Source: a virus (taxonomy: Duplodnaviria > Caudoviricetes). Taken from it: a stretch of 51,502 bases of DNA. The notes below the pieces were generated by a model. The model was not told the DNA's origin. It worked only from the letters and a program-made list of their open reading frames with translations, and did not search any database. Positions 8,648 through 17,960 of this stretch are shown here, piece by piece; position 1 is the first letter of the stretch, and the number at the start of each line of letters is the position of its first letter. The position numbers and the translations under genes are program-made. The stretch lies in the IMG/VR virus record IMGVR_UViG_3300046722_000334, positions 1-51,502 of that record; one strand, written 5' to 3'.

Positions 8648-10872
8648 TGCCTAAATCCTTCCAGATCCTTCTTTCCACCGCGGAACGGTCCAAGCTCGTA
8701 ACCCGCATTGAGCAGGACGCGGGCAACTGCCTGGCGACGCATCGGCGCTGGGCCGACCGCTGCGCCGGCTGGATGCAGAAGTGGGAAGCGCGCGCGGATC
8801 CTCCGGCAAAGCCCGGCGAGGAATCGAATCCCAACCACGTCGTACCGCTGCTGCAGTGGCAGTGCTTCAACAAGCTGGCGCGGGATCTGCAGGCGCTGCT
8901 GGGCGAGGACGCGGAGATCACCGCGCGCCCCACGGGCCCGCAGGACCAGAAGAATGTGGCGAAGATCGGCCGCTACATGACCAGCCGCGTGTTCGACCAG
9001 ATGGAGCTGATTAACCCTCTGTGCGAATTCGAGTTTCGCCGCATCCTGAACGGGTGGGCGGCGGCCTATCGTCCCTGGTGGCGCCGGGAGTACGACTCCA
9101 TCATCGGCGGCAAGCGCCAGCGCGTGTGCGACTACGAAGGTCCCGGCTTCTTCCCGCTAGAGCCCGACCATTTGATGGTCCCTCCGGAGCGCGGCGTGCG
9201 CTCGATCCAGGAATTCAGCCACGTGATTCGCCGCGTGCGCGTCACGATAGACGATCTGGTGCGAGGCGATGGCACGCTCTACCAAGGAACCAGCAAGCCC
9301 GAGATGATCGCCCGGCTCATCAACTGGGCGAAGACCGCACCGACCAACGATTACACCCTGCAGGGGCAAGCCCCCGTGATTGCAGAGCGCGAGAGATCCG
9401 AAGGCGTGGACTATGAGAACTTCATGCTGGGCCGCCGGTCTCTCTGGATCTGGGAGTGGTACGGTTTTTGGCGCCCACTGAAGAAGCGGACGAGGGACGC
9501 GGAGATTGACGACCTCGAGAACCGCGCGCAGTACGAAACCGACTTCGTGATCAAGTTCATCCCGGGGATGCGCGAAATCATCGGCGTGCAGGACCTGCTC
9601 GAGCTGTACCCCAAGATGCGCAAGCGCCGCCCATTCGTGGAATCGACGCTAATCAAGGACGGCACCTACAGGCCTAAGGGCTTTGGGGCGCTGCTCGAGG
9701 ACATCGAAGACGAGCTCACCGCCAACTCCCGCCTATTCGCCGCGGCCGGCGAGCTTTCGGTGTGGCCTATCGTGTTCTTCAAGCCCGGCGGCGCGCTCAA
9801 CCCAGGCCCGATGAAAATGGGCCCGCGCATGGCCTACCCAACCGACGATCCCGCCAGCGTCAACGTCATCAAGCTGAATCCGAATCTCGACTTTGCAGTC
9901 GCCCGCCAGCAAGACTTGATCACTACAGCCGAGCGGGTCACCAACATCAACGATCAGTCCATGGGCCGCGCCATGTCGCAGCCCAACGCGCCCAAGACGG
10001 CGACCGGCCAGCTCGCCTTAATCGAAGAAGGCAACGTGCGCGCCTATCTGGACTCGACGATTCTCCGTGAGGACATGGAGCAAATCATCGGGGATTTCTG
10101 GGACCTCGACGTGGATATGGTTCCCAAGACCGAGCCGGGGTTGTTCTTCCGCGTGACCGAGGAGCAAGCCAATGGGTTGTTCGATGTAAAGCAGGGCGGG
10201 GCCTTCATGAAACCCGATGAATTCGGAGGACGCTACGACTTCCGCCTGAAATTCGCTACCAGCGTCTACGCGCGCCAGCAGAAGAAAGCCGAATTCTTCA
10301 CCTTCTACCAGGCCGCAGTGCTCAATCCGCTGGTGATGCAGAATCCCAAGGCCCTGTGGGTGCTGCTCAACCGCCTAGCGAAAGAGTGCGGCATCGATGA
10401 CTTCGAGAGCTTCATTCCGAAGCCCCCGGATCTCGACACGCCCAAAGATCCCAAGGACGAATGGGCCGAAATGTTGCAAGGGGAGACCGTCGAGGTCAAC
10501 CCGCAAGACAACGACCAGGCGCATGTGCAACAGCACGTCATGGATCTCGAAGACGAGCGCAAAGATCCAGACCGCGACGTGCAGGCCATCCAGTTAATGG
10601 TGAAACATATCCTGGACCACCACCAGCAGATGCGCATTAAGATGCTAATGCAGGCCCAGGTGCAGCAGTTGGCGCAGCACATGGCCGCCAACCCCGGGGC
10701 GCTCCAGGAACTGCAACAGCTCTACCAGCCGCAGAACCCCCAGCAGCCCGGCGGCGCCGCCAACAAAACCCCGCTCGGCGCTCCGCCGGCCGGTGCGCCC
10801 GGATCGGTCCCGCCGCCGCCCGGCCAGGTCGGATCGAGCGCCGCCCCGCAGCCGCATGAGGGGATGCTGTGA
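8647..10872 (+). CDS. Portal protein (podovirus type), 741 aa from GTG
   Basis: Follows terL; GFGALLEDIEDEL, KTATG motif, DNDQAHVQQH, Gln/Pro-rich tail. Confidence 0.9.
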   Translation: MPKSFQILLSTAERSKLVTRIEQDAGNCLATHRRWADRCAGWMQKWEARADPPAKPGEESNPNHVVPLLQWQCFNKLARDLQALLGEDAEITARPTGPQDQKNVAKIGRYMTSRVFDQMELINPLCEFEFRRILNGWAAAYRPWWRREYDSIIGGKRQRVCDYEGPGFFPLEPDHLMVPPERGVRSIQEFSHVIRRVRVTIDDLVRGDGTLYQGTSKPEMIARLINWAKTAPTNDYTLQGQAPVIAERERSEGVDYENFMLGRRSLWIWEWYGFWRPLKKRTRDAEIDDLENRAQYETDFVIKFIPGMREIIGVQDLLELYPKMRKRRPFVESTLIKDGTYRPKGFGALLEDIEDELTANSRLFAAAGELSVWPIVFFKPGGALNPGPMKMGPRMAYPTDDPASVNVIKLNPNLDFAVARQQDLITTAERVTNINDQSMGRAMSQPNAPKTATGQLALIEEGNVRAYLDSTILREDMEQIIGDFWDLDVDMVPKTEPGLFFRVTEEQANGLFDVKQGGAFMKPDEFGGRYDFRLKFATSVYARQQKKAEFFTFYQAAVLNPLVMQNPKALWVLLNRLAKECGIDDFESFIPKPPDLDTPKDPKDEWAEMLQGETVEVNPQDNDQAHVQQHVMDLEDERKDPDRDVQAIQLMVKHILDHHQQMRIKMLMQAQVQQLAQHMAANPGALQELQQLYQPQNPQQPGGAANKTPLGAPPAGAPGSVPPPPGQVGSSAAPQPHEGML

Positions 10873-11111
10873 CCCCTGAGCCGTACGACTCCGCCGAACT
10901 CGACGCATTGATCGAGTTGGAACGCTCCCCCGGCTATGCACTCATCCGGGCGCGGTACGAATTCATGCTCGAGCGGAAGCGTCAGGAACTCGAGAAGCCG
11001 CACGATGAAGCCAAGACGGCGCAGATCCGGGGCGAGATTGCGATGCTGCGCGATGTCTTTTGGATCATCGAGAACTTGAAACAGGAAATCCTCGCGCAGT
11101 TGAAGGAGTAA
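10869..11111 (+). CDS. Small coiled-coil protein typical downstream of a podovirus portal
   Basis: SPGYALIR...QIRGEIAMLR; coupled start. Confidence 0.75.
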   Translation: MTPEPYDSAELDALIELERSPGYALIRARYEFMLERKRQELEKPHDEAKTAQIRGEIAMLRDVFWIIENLKQEILAQLKE

Positions 11112-11115
11112 ATCT

Positions 11116-11364
11116 ATGGCGAAATTGACGATGGCGCAACGGCGCGCCCTTCCCAAATCCGACTTTGCGGTCCCCTCGAAAGCCCCTGGTCCGGGATCGT
11201 ACCCGATGCCCGACAAAGGCCACATGGTGGCGGCCAAGAGCATGTCGTCGCGCTTCGGAAGCCCCGCAGACAAGGCCGCCGTGGCGAAAAAAGCAAAGAA
11301 CAAATTTGGAAAGCCCAAGTCCGCCTGGGCCGGTGTCGCCAATCAGATGTTAGGAAGGCAATGA
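11116..11364 (+). CDS. Basic protein, DUF6582-like
   Basis: LTMAQRRALPKSDFAVP...YPMPDKGH; AAGGAG RBS. Confidence 0.75.
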   Translation: MAKLTMAQRRALPKSDFAVPSKAPGPGSYPMPDKGHMVAAKSMSSRFGSPADKAAVAKKAKNKFGKPKSAWAGVANQMLGRQ

Positions 11365-11510
11365 GGATCGGATTCCGTAAGCCGGGGCTGGTTTTTGTGG
11401 TCTACCTCAGACGCCAGTTTTCGCTCGAAGTGTGGATCAGGCGGGTAGGATTCGGTTTCGGGATGAATCCTAAGTTTGAGGTGTGGCACTACTGGGGACC
11501 TTCCAGATGA
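11361..11510 (+). CDS. 49-aa hypothetical protein (not in ORF track)
   Basis: ATGA overlaps at both ends. Confidence 0.55.
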   Translation: MRIGFRKPGLVFVVYLRRQFSLEVWIRRVGFGFGMNPKFEVWHYWGPSR

Positions 11511-11740
11511 ACCGCGGCGGCCCGCTGCTGATCGTGGCGGCGCTGATTGCAGGCTTCTTCGTGGGTGGCCGGCTGGCGGCGGGAAATGCCGGTTTCGAGC
11601 TGCCTATGCGCTGGAATCTCTTCGCCCGCCACGCCAATGCCTATATCCAAGTGCTCGAAGCGAACCCCGCGAAACGGCAGCAGAACAAAGACCGGCTTAA
11701 CCGCGAGTGGGAGGCATTGTACCGCTGTGAGTGTTTTTAG
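11507..11740 (+). CDS. Small membrane-anchored protein
   Basis: MNRGGPLLIVAALIAGFFVGG. Confidence 0.7.
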   Translation: MNRGGPLLIVAALIAGFFVGGRLAAGNAGFELPMRWNLFARHANAYIQVLEANPAKRQQNKDRLNREWEALYRCECF

Positions 11741-12077
11741 CCCAGCCTTCTATATCGGCGTCCGCTGCCATTATTGCAACAAATTCCGAGCGCCTTTCGA
11801 CATCCTGCACCAGCCGGGCGGCGTACAGATCTGCACCGGCTGCGAGCAGCGGCACCTGGAAGCGCTCGAAGCCATCGGTACCGGCAACTTTCTGGGGGAG
11901 TGCTCGGAGTGCCACAAGACCGCAGAGCAGTTGCACAGTCCGAGCGGCCAGATGGCAATGCACTTTGAAGACGGCAAGTACCGGGCTATGTGCGTCGAGT
12001 GCGATCGCGCATACGTCCCCAAGCGCCGCGAGTTGTACGGGGAAACCGAGTACGGCCACGGTCTCAAATTGAAGTAG
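11727..12077 (+). CDS. Double zinc-finger protein
   Basis: Four CxxC motifs (CHYC, CTGC, CSEC, CVEC). Confidence 0.75.
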   Translation: MSVFSPAFYIGVRCHYCNKFRAPFDILHQPGGVQICTGCEQRHLEALEAIGTGNFLGECSECHKTAEQLHSPSGQMAMHFEDGKYRAMCVECDRAYVPKRRELYGETEYGHGLKLK

Positions 12078-12240
12078 GCCGGATTAACGGCGGAAGTCCG
12101 AAGATCATTCGTTCCTCGGCTTCAACTCTGTCGCGTATGGACTGCGCCAACGTTTCACAAATCTGATCCTCGATAACTCCCCGTCTGGTGACCTCTTTCG
12201 ATAAGAGCACCTCATCCGGGATGATTGCCCGCCCGTCCAT
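12064..12240 (-). CDS. 58-aa antisense, probably leaderless gene (not in ORF track)
   Basis: MDGRAIIPDEVLLSKEV...; TAAACT 6 nt before ATG; fills the intergenic gap. Confidence 0.5.
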   Translation of the reverse strand: MDGRAIIPDEVLLSKEVTRRGVIEDQICETLAQSIRDRVEAEERMIFGLPPLIRPTSI

Positions 12241-12326
12241 AGAACCAGTTTAACGTCCTCTCTGCCGATGCGCGAACGTCTCCACCGGAGCTTCGAGCAC
12301 GCGCAGGTAATACCAAAAAGGAGAAT

Positions 12327-13184
12327 ATGATACCCGAGCCAGTGGTCGAAGCCGACCCTAAAAACCCTCCTGCGTCCCAACCGGGCCAGGGCAAAGATAA
12401 AGACGCCTACACGCCTTTGAGTAAAGAACAGGCAGAGTCGCTACAACGCGAACGCGATGAAGCCAAAGAATCGGAGCGCTACTGGGCGGGAATGGCGCGC
12501 AACGGCGGCGGGAGACAGGCCGAGTCCGCCGGGGAAGTGAACAACGATCCCGACGCCAACGAGTTCCTGGACCCCGAGGCCAACGGCGGAATCGACGGCG
12601 ACACCCCGGAGCAATTGGTGGATGAACTGGCGGCCAAGGGCGTAGGGGCCCTCAAGGCGCGCGGCTTCGTGACCGCGGCAGACGCCCAGAGGCTGGCCAC
12701 GGACATAGCCCTGAAGGTCTCCCGGGAATTGATCGCCCGGGAACGTGGCAAGATTACCAGCGACAACACGCTCATGTCGGACTTCCCTGAGTTGCGGGAC
12801 AACGAATCGGATCTCTTCAAGGCAACCAGGGCCATCTACCAGAAAGCCATCGCCATGGACCCAGAGGCCCGCAAAACGCCGGTAGCCCTGTATCTGGCGG
12901 CCACCGCAGCCAAAGCGGCGCTCAAACCGAAAGCGCCGGCCAAACCCGCGGCGCTCGACCCGGAGGAAGAGGACCTGTACGAGCGGGCGGGCGAAACCGA
13001 AGCCGAACGTCGGCAGCGCATCGCCTCGCAGACCCCCAACAGAAACCGGGGCGACCTCGACGACAGCGATACCGCGATCGGGCCCGAAGCGCGGGCGGTG
13101 CTGAAACAGATGGGCGGAGTTACGGATGAACAGTTCCTAGCGTCCAGGAAAGAGACGGCCAATATGCGAGGGAGGCGAAGGTAA
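12327..13184 (+). CDS. Capsid scaffolding protein (putative)
   Basis: Acidic and helical, lies between portal and capsid; AAGGAG RBS. Confidence 0.7.
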   Translation: MIPEPVVEADPKNPPASQPGQGKDKDAYTPLSKEQAESLQRERDEAKESERYWAGMARNGGGRQAESAGEVNNDPDANEFLDPEANGGIDGDTPEQLVDELAAKGVGALKARGFVTAADAQRLATDIALKVSRELIARERGKITSDNTLMSDFPELRDNESDLFKATRAIYQKAIAMDPEARKTPVALYLAATAAKAALKPKAPAKPAALDPEEEDLYERAGETEAERRQRIASQTPNRNRGDLDDSDTAIGPEARAVLKQMGGVTDEQFLASRKETANMRGRRR

Positions 13185-13819
13185 TGTCGAAATCGAAAAG
13201 CGAGCAGATCCGCGAGAACCAGGAGGCGGCCGGCATTCCCGACTCGCGCACGTTTACGGCGCCGGACGGCGAACTGGAAGGCGGCGTGTCCCGGATCCGC
13301 CAGTGTCACATCAACGGCGTACTCATTGGCGAGATGCCCTTGGGGCCGGAAGTGCTCTCCGCGCTGGACTACTGGGCGACCGATGAGGGTATCGCCGAAC
13401 GCAACGCACGGCCGGAGATGCGCGAACCGAGCGGTATTTCACTGGGAGTCGACGGCTTCGGCAAAGCCTTGCAACAGCGGCGCGATGACGTGAAAGACCG
13501 CGACATCAATCTCTACGAGGCCCGCGACCCCTTCAAAGAAGCGGCCCAATTCGCAGGCCCGAACATGCGGCCCAAGATGCTCTCCGGGGACGCCATCAAA
13601 AACGGGGGCACCGGGGACTGGGACATCGTGAAGTATCCAACAGACCACGCGCGGGCCGGCGAACCGGTGAAAGTGCGCGACATGGTACTGGGCCAGATGC
13701 CCGAAGCCAAAGCGAAGGCGCGTAACGAGCATTACCGCGCCCGCGGCAACAATATGCTGAAGCAGATCAGTGAAAAGTGGAAGGCCGAAGGCGGCAAGAC
13801 CGCCGTAGCCGATCAGTAA
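13184..13819 (+). CDS. Head-module protein of unknown function
   Basis: DMVLGQMPE...ARNEHY, of the kind seen between scaffold and capsid genes. Confidence 0.75.
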   Translation: MSKSKSEQIRENQEAAGIPDSRTFTAPDGELEGGVSRIRQCHINGVLIGEMPLGPEVLSALDYWATDEGIAERNARPEMREPSGISLGVDGFGKALQQRRDDVKDRDINLYEARDPFKEAAQFAGPNMRPKMLSGDAIKNGGTGDWDIVKYPTDHARAGEPVKVRDMVLGQMPEAKAKARNEHYRARGNNMLKQISEKWKAEGGKTAVADQ

Positions 13820-14181
13820 ATCAAGTGTTTGTGATCGGGGCACAAGAAGAGCATTTGGGGCATAAGGAAGTTCCAGCCTTCCCCTAAATCGTCCGCCGGT
13901 AACAGACGGCGGCAACTCTTCACAGCGCAGTAAATCGGCCTCAGATCCTCTAACGTCAGTCTGATCATCCGCACTAGTTCAACGTACCACGCGAAGCAGG
14001 CGCGTCCAGCGGTAAGACCGCCGTAGCCGATCAGTAAGCACCAAACGGGACAGGGGTACGGGCCTTACTCGGCAACCGATATCGGCTAGCCGACCATACC
14101 GTCCTTCGGCTCTCCGCCCCGTCTGGTCTGCGCAGTAAGCGACTTTTATTAGAACACGCGAAGCAGGCGCGTCCAGCAGTA
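13791..14181. repeat. A-X1-B-A-X2-B tandem repeat arrangement
   Basis: A (24 bp exact) at 13796-13819 and 14014-14037; B (23 bp exact) at 13988-14010 and 14155-14177. Confidence 0.95.
13813..13974 (-). CDS. 53-aa Zn-ribbon-like antisense gene (cassette X1)
   Basis: MRMIRLTLEDLRPIYCAVKSCRRLLPADDLGEGWNFLMPQMLFLCPDHKHLIY; TACGTT -10 box 6 nt before GTG. Confidence 0.6.
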   Translation of the reverse strand: MRMIRLTLEDLRPIYCAVKSCRRLLPADDLGEGWNFLMPQMLFLCPDHKHLIY

Positions 14182-14277
14182 CCGTCCCTCTAGGGCACCC
14201 GGACGCGGTTTCCACCTCGACCCAGCCAAGGTCTTCGCTCCTTTGAGGCAATCGCAAATCACAGGAGTGAAATCTCT

Positions 14278-14817
14278 ATGGCAAACGTAAACTCGGTCTT
14301 CGGCTTCCGGCCGACGATGCGAACATTCACCGGAGGCTCGGGCACCGGGATTCCGGCTCACAAAATCGTGGGCGATGGCGTGGCTCTCTACATCGGAGAT
14401 GCTGTCAACCAGGCCAACGGCGCCACCAAATCCACCCGCGCCATCAAGGCCGCAGCCAACGCCGGGACGAGCGTCGTTCTGGGCGTCAACCTGATCTACG
14501 GCGCCGTCTCGACGCTCACCGACCACATCATCGTGCTGGCCGCCAGCGCCATCTTCCTGGCGCAGTTGGACGGTTCGTCCAACAACTACACCAACGCCAA
14601 AGCCAGCTACAACGCGAACCTCAACTTTTCGGCGGGCAGCGCCACGACCAAGATCTCTGGTATGGCTTTGGTCGAATCGACCATCGCCACCACCAACACG
14701 CTCGACGCCAAGATGCGCGGCCTCTACCAGTCGCCCAACAACACGTCCGGTCAGTACGCGGTCGTGTATATGAGCTTCAACAACTTGGTCGATGCGGACC
14801 AGAAGGCGGGCATCTAA
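14278..14817 (+). CDS. Capsid auxiliary/decoration protein
   Basis: MANVNSVFGFRP...LYIGDAV, immediately upstream of the major capsid gene. Confidence 0.8.
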   Translation: MANVNSVFGFRPTMRTFTGGSGTGIPAHKIVGDGVALYIGDAVNQANGATKSTRAIKAAANAGTSVVLGVNLIYGAVSTLTDHIIVLAASAIFLAQLDGSSNNYTNAKASYNANLNFSAGSATTKISGMALVESTIATTNTLDAKMRGLYQSPNNTSGQYAVVYMSFNNLVDADQKAGI

Positions 14818-15762
14818 ATGCAAATCAGAGGCCAATTTTCCGATTTCTTCTTTGAAACGATGCTCCCGGCTCTCAATGCCAAGATCTGGGCCAACTTCAA
14901 AGCCAAGCCCCCGATGTATACCAGGGTGCTCAACACCGACACCACCGCGCGCTCCATCGAGCAGTTCTCGCAGATGGTCGGAGTCGGATTGCCTACTGCG
15001 GTAGGCGAAACCGAAGACACCCCCACGGACAACTTCATTCAGGGGTTCAACAAGACGTTCCGCCCCTTGAAATACGGGCTGGGGATCGCCGCCTCGCAAG
15101 AGTTGGTCGAAGACGATAAGGTCGGCATCATCAGCCGCCGCTCAGTCGCTCTCGCCAATTCCATCGCCCAGGCGCGCGAGATTCAAGCAGCCAGCGTTAT
15201 CAACAACGGCTTCTCCTCGACGGATGCCAACGGCAACAGCACGCTTTGCCCGGATGGCAAGGTGCTTTTTGCCTCCGACCATCCTCTGATCAAATCCGGC
15301 GGCACGCAATCGAACCTGCTCTCGAGTGCGGCCGACCTGGACGTCACCTCGCTCGAGCTGGCGCTGACCGACTGGGAACTGATCAAGACGCATGAAGGCT
15401 TCTACCAGATGCTGCCCACACCCCGCGTGCTGGTAGCCTCGCAAAACAGGTGGAACGTGGCGGAAATCCTGAAGTCTCAGATGCGCTCCGACACACCGAA
15501 CCACACTGCCAACGCTTTCCAGTACACCGAAACCGGCGGCACTATCGAATCCATGTGCTGGGCCGGATTCCTCACAGATCCGGATGCCTGGTTCCTGATC
15601 GCTCCTCCCGACCAGACCGAGTTGCTCTGGCTCGACCGCAAAGCTCCCTACACCAAAGCCGATTACATCGAGAAATCGGAAACCGGGATCATTTACATGC
15701 GGTATCGCGCGACCTTCGGCAATCACGGCTGGGCCGGCGTCTACGGCACTCCCGGCGCGTAG
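14818..15762 (+). CDS. Major capsid protein (HK97 fold, Mu gpT-like)
   Basis: PDGKVLFASDHP, FLTDPDAWFL, YRATFGNHGWAGVYGTPGA. Confidence 0.93.
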   Translation: MQIRGQFSDFFFETMLPALNAKIWANFKAKPPMYTRVLNTDTTARSIEQFSQMVGVGLPTAVGETEDTPTDNFIQGFNKTFRPLKYGLGIAASQELVEDDKVGIISRRSVALANSIAQAREIQAASVINNGFSSTDANGNSTLCPDGKVLFASDHPLIKSGGTQSNLLSSAADLDVTSLELALTDWELIKTHEGFYQMLPTPRVLVASQNRWNVAEILKSQMRSDTPNHTANAFQYTETGGTIESMCWAGFLTDPDAWFLIAPPDQTELLWLDRKAPYTKADYIEKSETGIIYMRYRATFGNHGWAGVYGTPGA

Positions 15763-15783
15763 TTCGTTTCCTCTCCTTGCTCC

Positions 15784-15816
15784 GCGGGGAGTTCTCAACC
15801 GCTCCCCGCTTTTTTT
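15784..15816 (+). terminator. Rho-independent terminator after the capsid gene
   Basis: GCGGGGAG-loop-CTCCCCGC followed by T7. Confidence 0.85.
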
Positions 15817-15852
15817 CAACCCACTCACCAACACAGAACAGACGGGACCACC

Positions 15853-16668
15853 ATGTCATTTCCATCGGATACGCAGCGGGGCATTCCCGCTTGGCTTGCC
15901 AAATTCGGGCCGACGCTCTTCAGGGCCCGCTATCGCGCTTCGGTAGGCGACTCCAACGCCGCCACCAAAGTGCCCGTGATCATTCAAGGGGCGCCCTCGC
16001 AGACCGCCAACCTGTTCGAGTGCTACGACTCGGCCAAGAACCTGCTGGCCGCGATCGACGCCTCGGGCGTGGTGACTTCCGCCGGCGGCGTGACCAATCC
16101 CTCCGCCAATAGCCTTGCCATCTCGACGCTAGTGCGGGGTACCAACGGGCAACTGCTGATCGGGCAGACCGGGGCAGCGACGGCGTACGAGACCGTGACC
16201 GGGGACGTCGGCATCACCGCGGGCGGGGTTACCGCCCTCGCCTCGAGCGTATTGAAAGTGGTCAGCGTCAGTTTGACCAACGCCAATATCAAGAACCTGC
16301 GAGCCACGCCGTTTCAACTCGTTGCGGCACCCGCCGCCAACTTCATGCTGGAGTTCATTTCCGCCAAATTGCTGCTGGTGGCGGGAATCAATGTGCTCAC
16401 CGAAGCGGGCTACAACCTGGCGGTGAAGTTCACCGACGGCTCGGGCGCGCAAGTGTCCCAGACCATCGAATGCACGGGGTTCATCGATCAGGCGACCAAC
16501 ACGATTACTAACGGGCTCCCCAAGATCGACGCCATCGTGCCGGCCGCCTCCGCGTCCGCCGCGGCGCTGGTGCTCCATAACCTGGGCGGCGCTGAATTCG
16601 GCGGCAATGCGGGCGTCGACGCCACCATGAAAATCGACATCGTGTACCGCGTACACGCGACGAACTAA
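15853..16668 (+). CDS. Virion protein (head fibre/decoration-like)
   Basis: Position after capsid; A/G/T-rich composition. Confidence 0.7.
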   Translation: MSFPSDTQRGIPAWLAKFGPTLFRARYRASVGDSNAATKVPVIIQGAPSQTANLFECYDSAKNLLAAIDASGVVTSAGGVTNPSANSLAISTLVRGTNGQLLIGQTGAATAYETVTGDVGITAGGVTALASSVLKVVSVSLTNANIKNLRATPFQLVAAPAANFMLEFISAKLLLVAGINVLTEAGYNLAVKFTDGSGAQVSQTIECTGFIDQATNTITNGLPKIDAIVPAASASAAALVLHNLGGAEFGGNAGVDATMKIDIVYRVHATN

Positions 16669-16680
16669 AAGGACCAACCT

Positions 16681-17064
16681 ATGTCAACCGTCCAATCCGA
16701 CGCCACCGTTACGATTGCCGCCGGGGCTACCGGCCTATCCACCGCCGTCAACGTGGGCAACAAAGTTCCGGTAGCCGTGTTTGTTCCGGCGGCCTGGGTC
16801 TCGGCTGCGCTGAGTTTCCAGGTCTCCTACGACCAGGGCACCACCTGGGCCGACTATTTCAATTCCGCCGGCGTCGAGGTCTCCGTGTCGGCCGCCATCA
16901 TGGGCGCGGCGGCGACGGCGGCGCGGCCGGTCACGCTCGACCCCTCGGACTTCGCCGGCGTCATGTTCCTCAAACTGCGCTCGGGCGTCTCTGGCGCCGC
17001 GGTGGATCAGACCGCCAGCCGGAAGGTGCAGATCTACACCCGCAAATTCTACCCGGTAGGCTAA
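16681..17064 (+). CDS. Small virion beta-sandwich protein
   Basis: VPAAWVSAALSFQVSYDQG...LKLRSG. Confidence 0.7.
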   Translation: MSTVQSDATVTIAAGATGLSTAVNVGNKVPVAVFVPAAWVSAALSFQVSYDQGTTWADYFNSAGVEVSVSAAIMGAAATAARPVTLDPSDFAGVMFLKLRSGVSGAAVDQTASRKVQIYTRKFYPVG

Positions 17065-17066
17065 CC

Positions 17067-17960
17067 ATGCGAAAACTCTGGCTCCTTCTTTTCATAGCCC
17101 TGCCTCTTTCCGCTCAGTTTGGCAACAATGCCAAGAAGTGGATGGGGCTATCGTTGTGCCCCAGCATGTCGACCGTCTCAACCAACCTCTGGATACCGCA
17201 GTGGGACTCCACGAACTTGTGCTGGAAAGCTGCGGCCAACGGGGGCGCTTCCGGGAGCGGCCTATCCTCCTTCACGTCGCCCAACTCCTCGGTGACCATC
17301 GGCGGCACTCTGCTTGATCCCACGGCAGATATCAATACGACCTATACCAACGGCCTCTATCCGCAATTGGGCGCGGGCAATACCTACACGGCGGGATCTA
17401 AGCAGAGCTTCAATCCGAGCGCGACAACGGCCGGTGCGCGCATCGTTCCAGGGGCTTGGTTTAGTGCCCCCATTGCCGGGGATCAAGGAGTCAATGCGGC
17501 GGGAGATTTCGGAACCAACGACGGCGTAAACAACCGATTTTATTTTTACATTAACGCCGCCGATCCTAACGCTCCCGGACTCCCGACCGGCACAGATCTT
17601 TTGCTTCGACCTTGCGAAATTGTCATCGGCAGTTTGGGCACGGGCTCTACCGCATTGGCGACAGACAACACGCCGGTCAGTCTATGCGACAGCCCCTTCA
17701 CCGGATCTCTGAAGATCACCGAGGTCAAGTGCTATGCAGACTCCTCCACAGGAGCGCCAGCGGTGGAACCGAAGATCACAGGCGGCGCGGCGACCTCGAT
17801 TCTGACTGGCCCAATCGCCTGCGGAAACGGCGCGTTTGGGAGCGCGGGCACGCTCAACGGATCTCCGGTGCAAACCACCGATCAGAGTATTGACGGCGTG
17901 ATCACCACGGCGGGCGGAACGGCGAAGTACATCATCATCCGAATCAAGAGGTCCCTGTGA
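17067..17960 (+). CDS. Signal-peptide-bearing fibre-like protein
   Basis: MRKLWLLLFIALPLSA|Q; 6 Cys; G/T-rich. Confidence 0.8.
   Translation: MRKLWLLLFIALPLSAQFGNNAKKWMGLSLCPSMSTVSTNLWIPQWDSTNLCWKAAANGGASGSGLSSFTSPNSSVTIGGTLLDPTADINTTYTNGLYPQLGAGNTYTAGSKQSFNPSATTAGARIVPGAWFSAPIAGDQGVNAAGDFGTNDGVNNRFYFYINAADPNAPGLPTGTDLLLRPCEIVIGSLGTGSTALATDNTPVSLCDSPFTGSLKITEVKCYADSSTGAPAVEPKITGGAATSILTGPIACGNGAFGSAGTLNGSPVQTTDQSIDGVITTAGGTAKYIIIRIKRSL

Noticed and set aside
13796-14177. CRISPR mini-array
   Set aside because: Two different repeats, two copies each, 117-168 bp inserts, no cas genes
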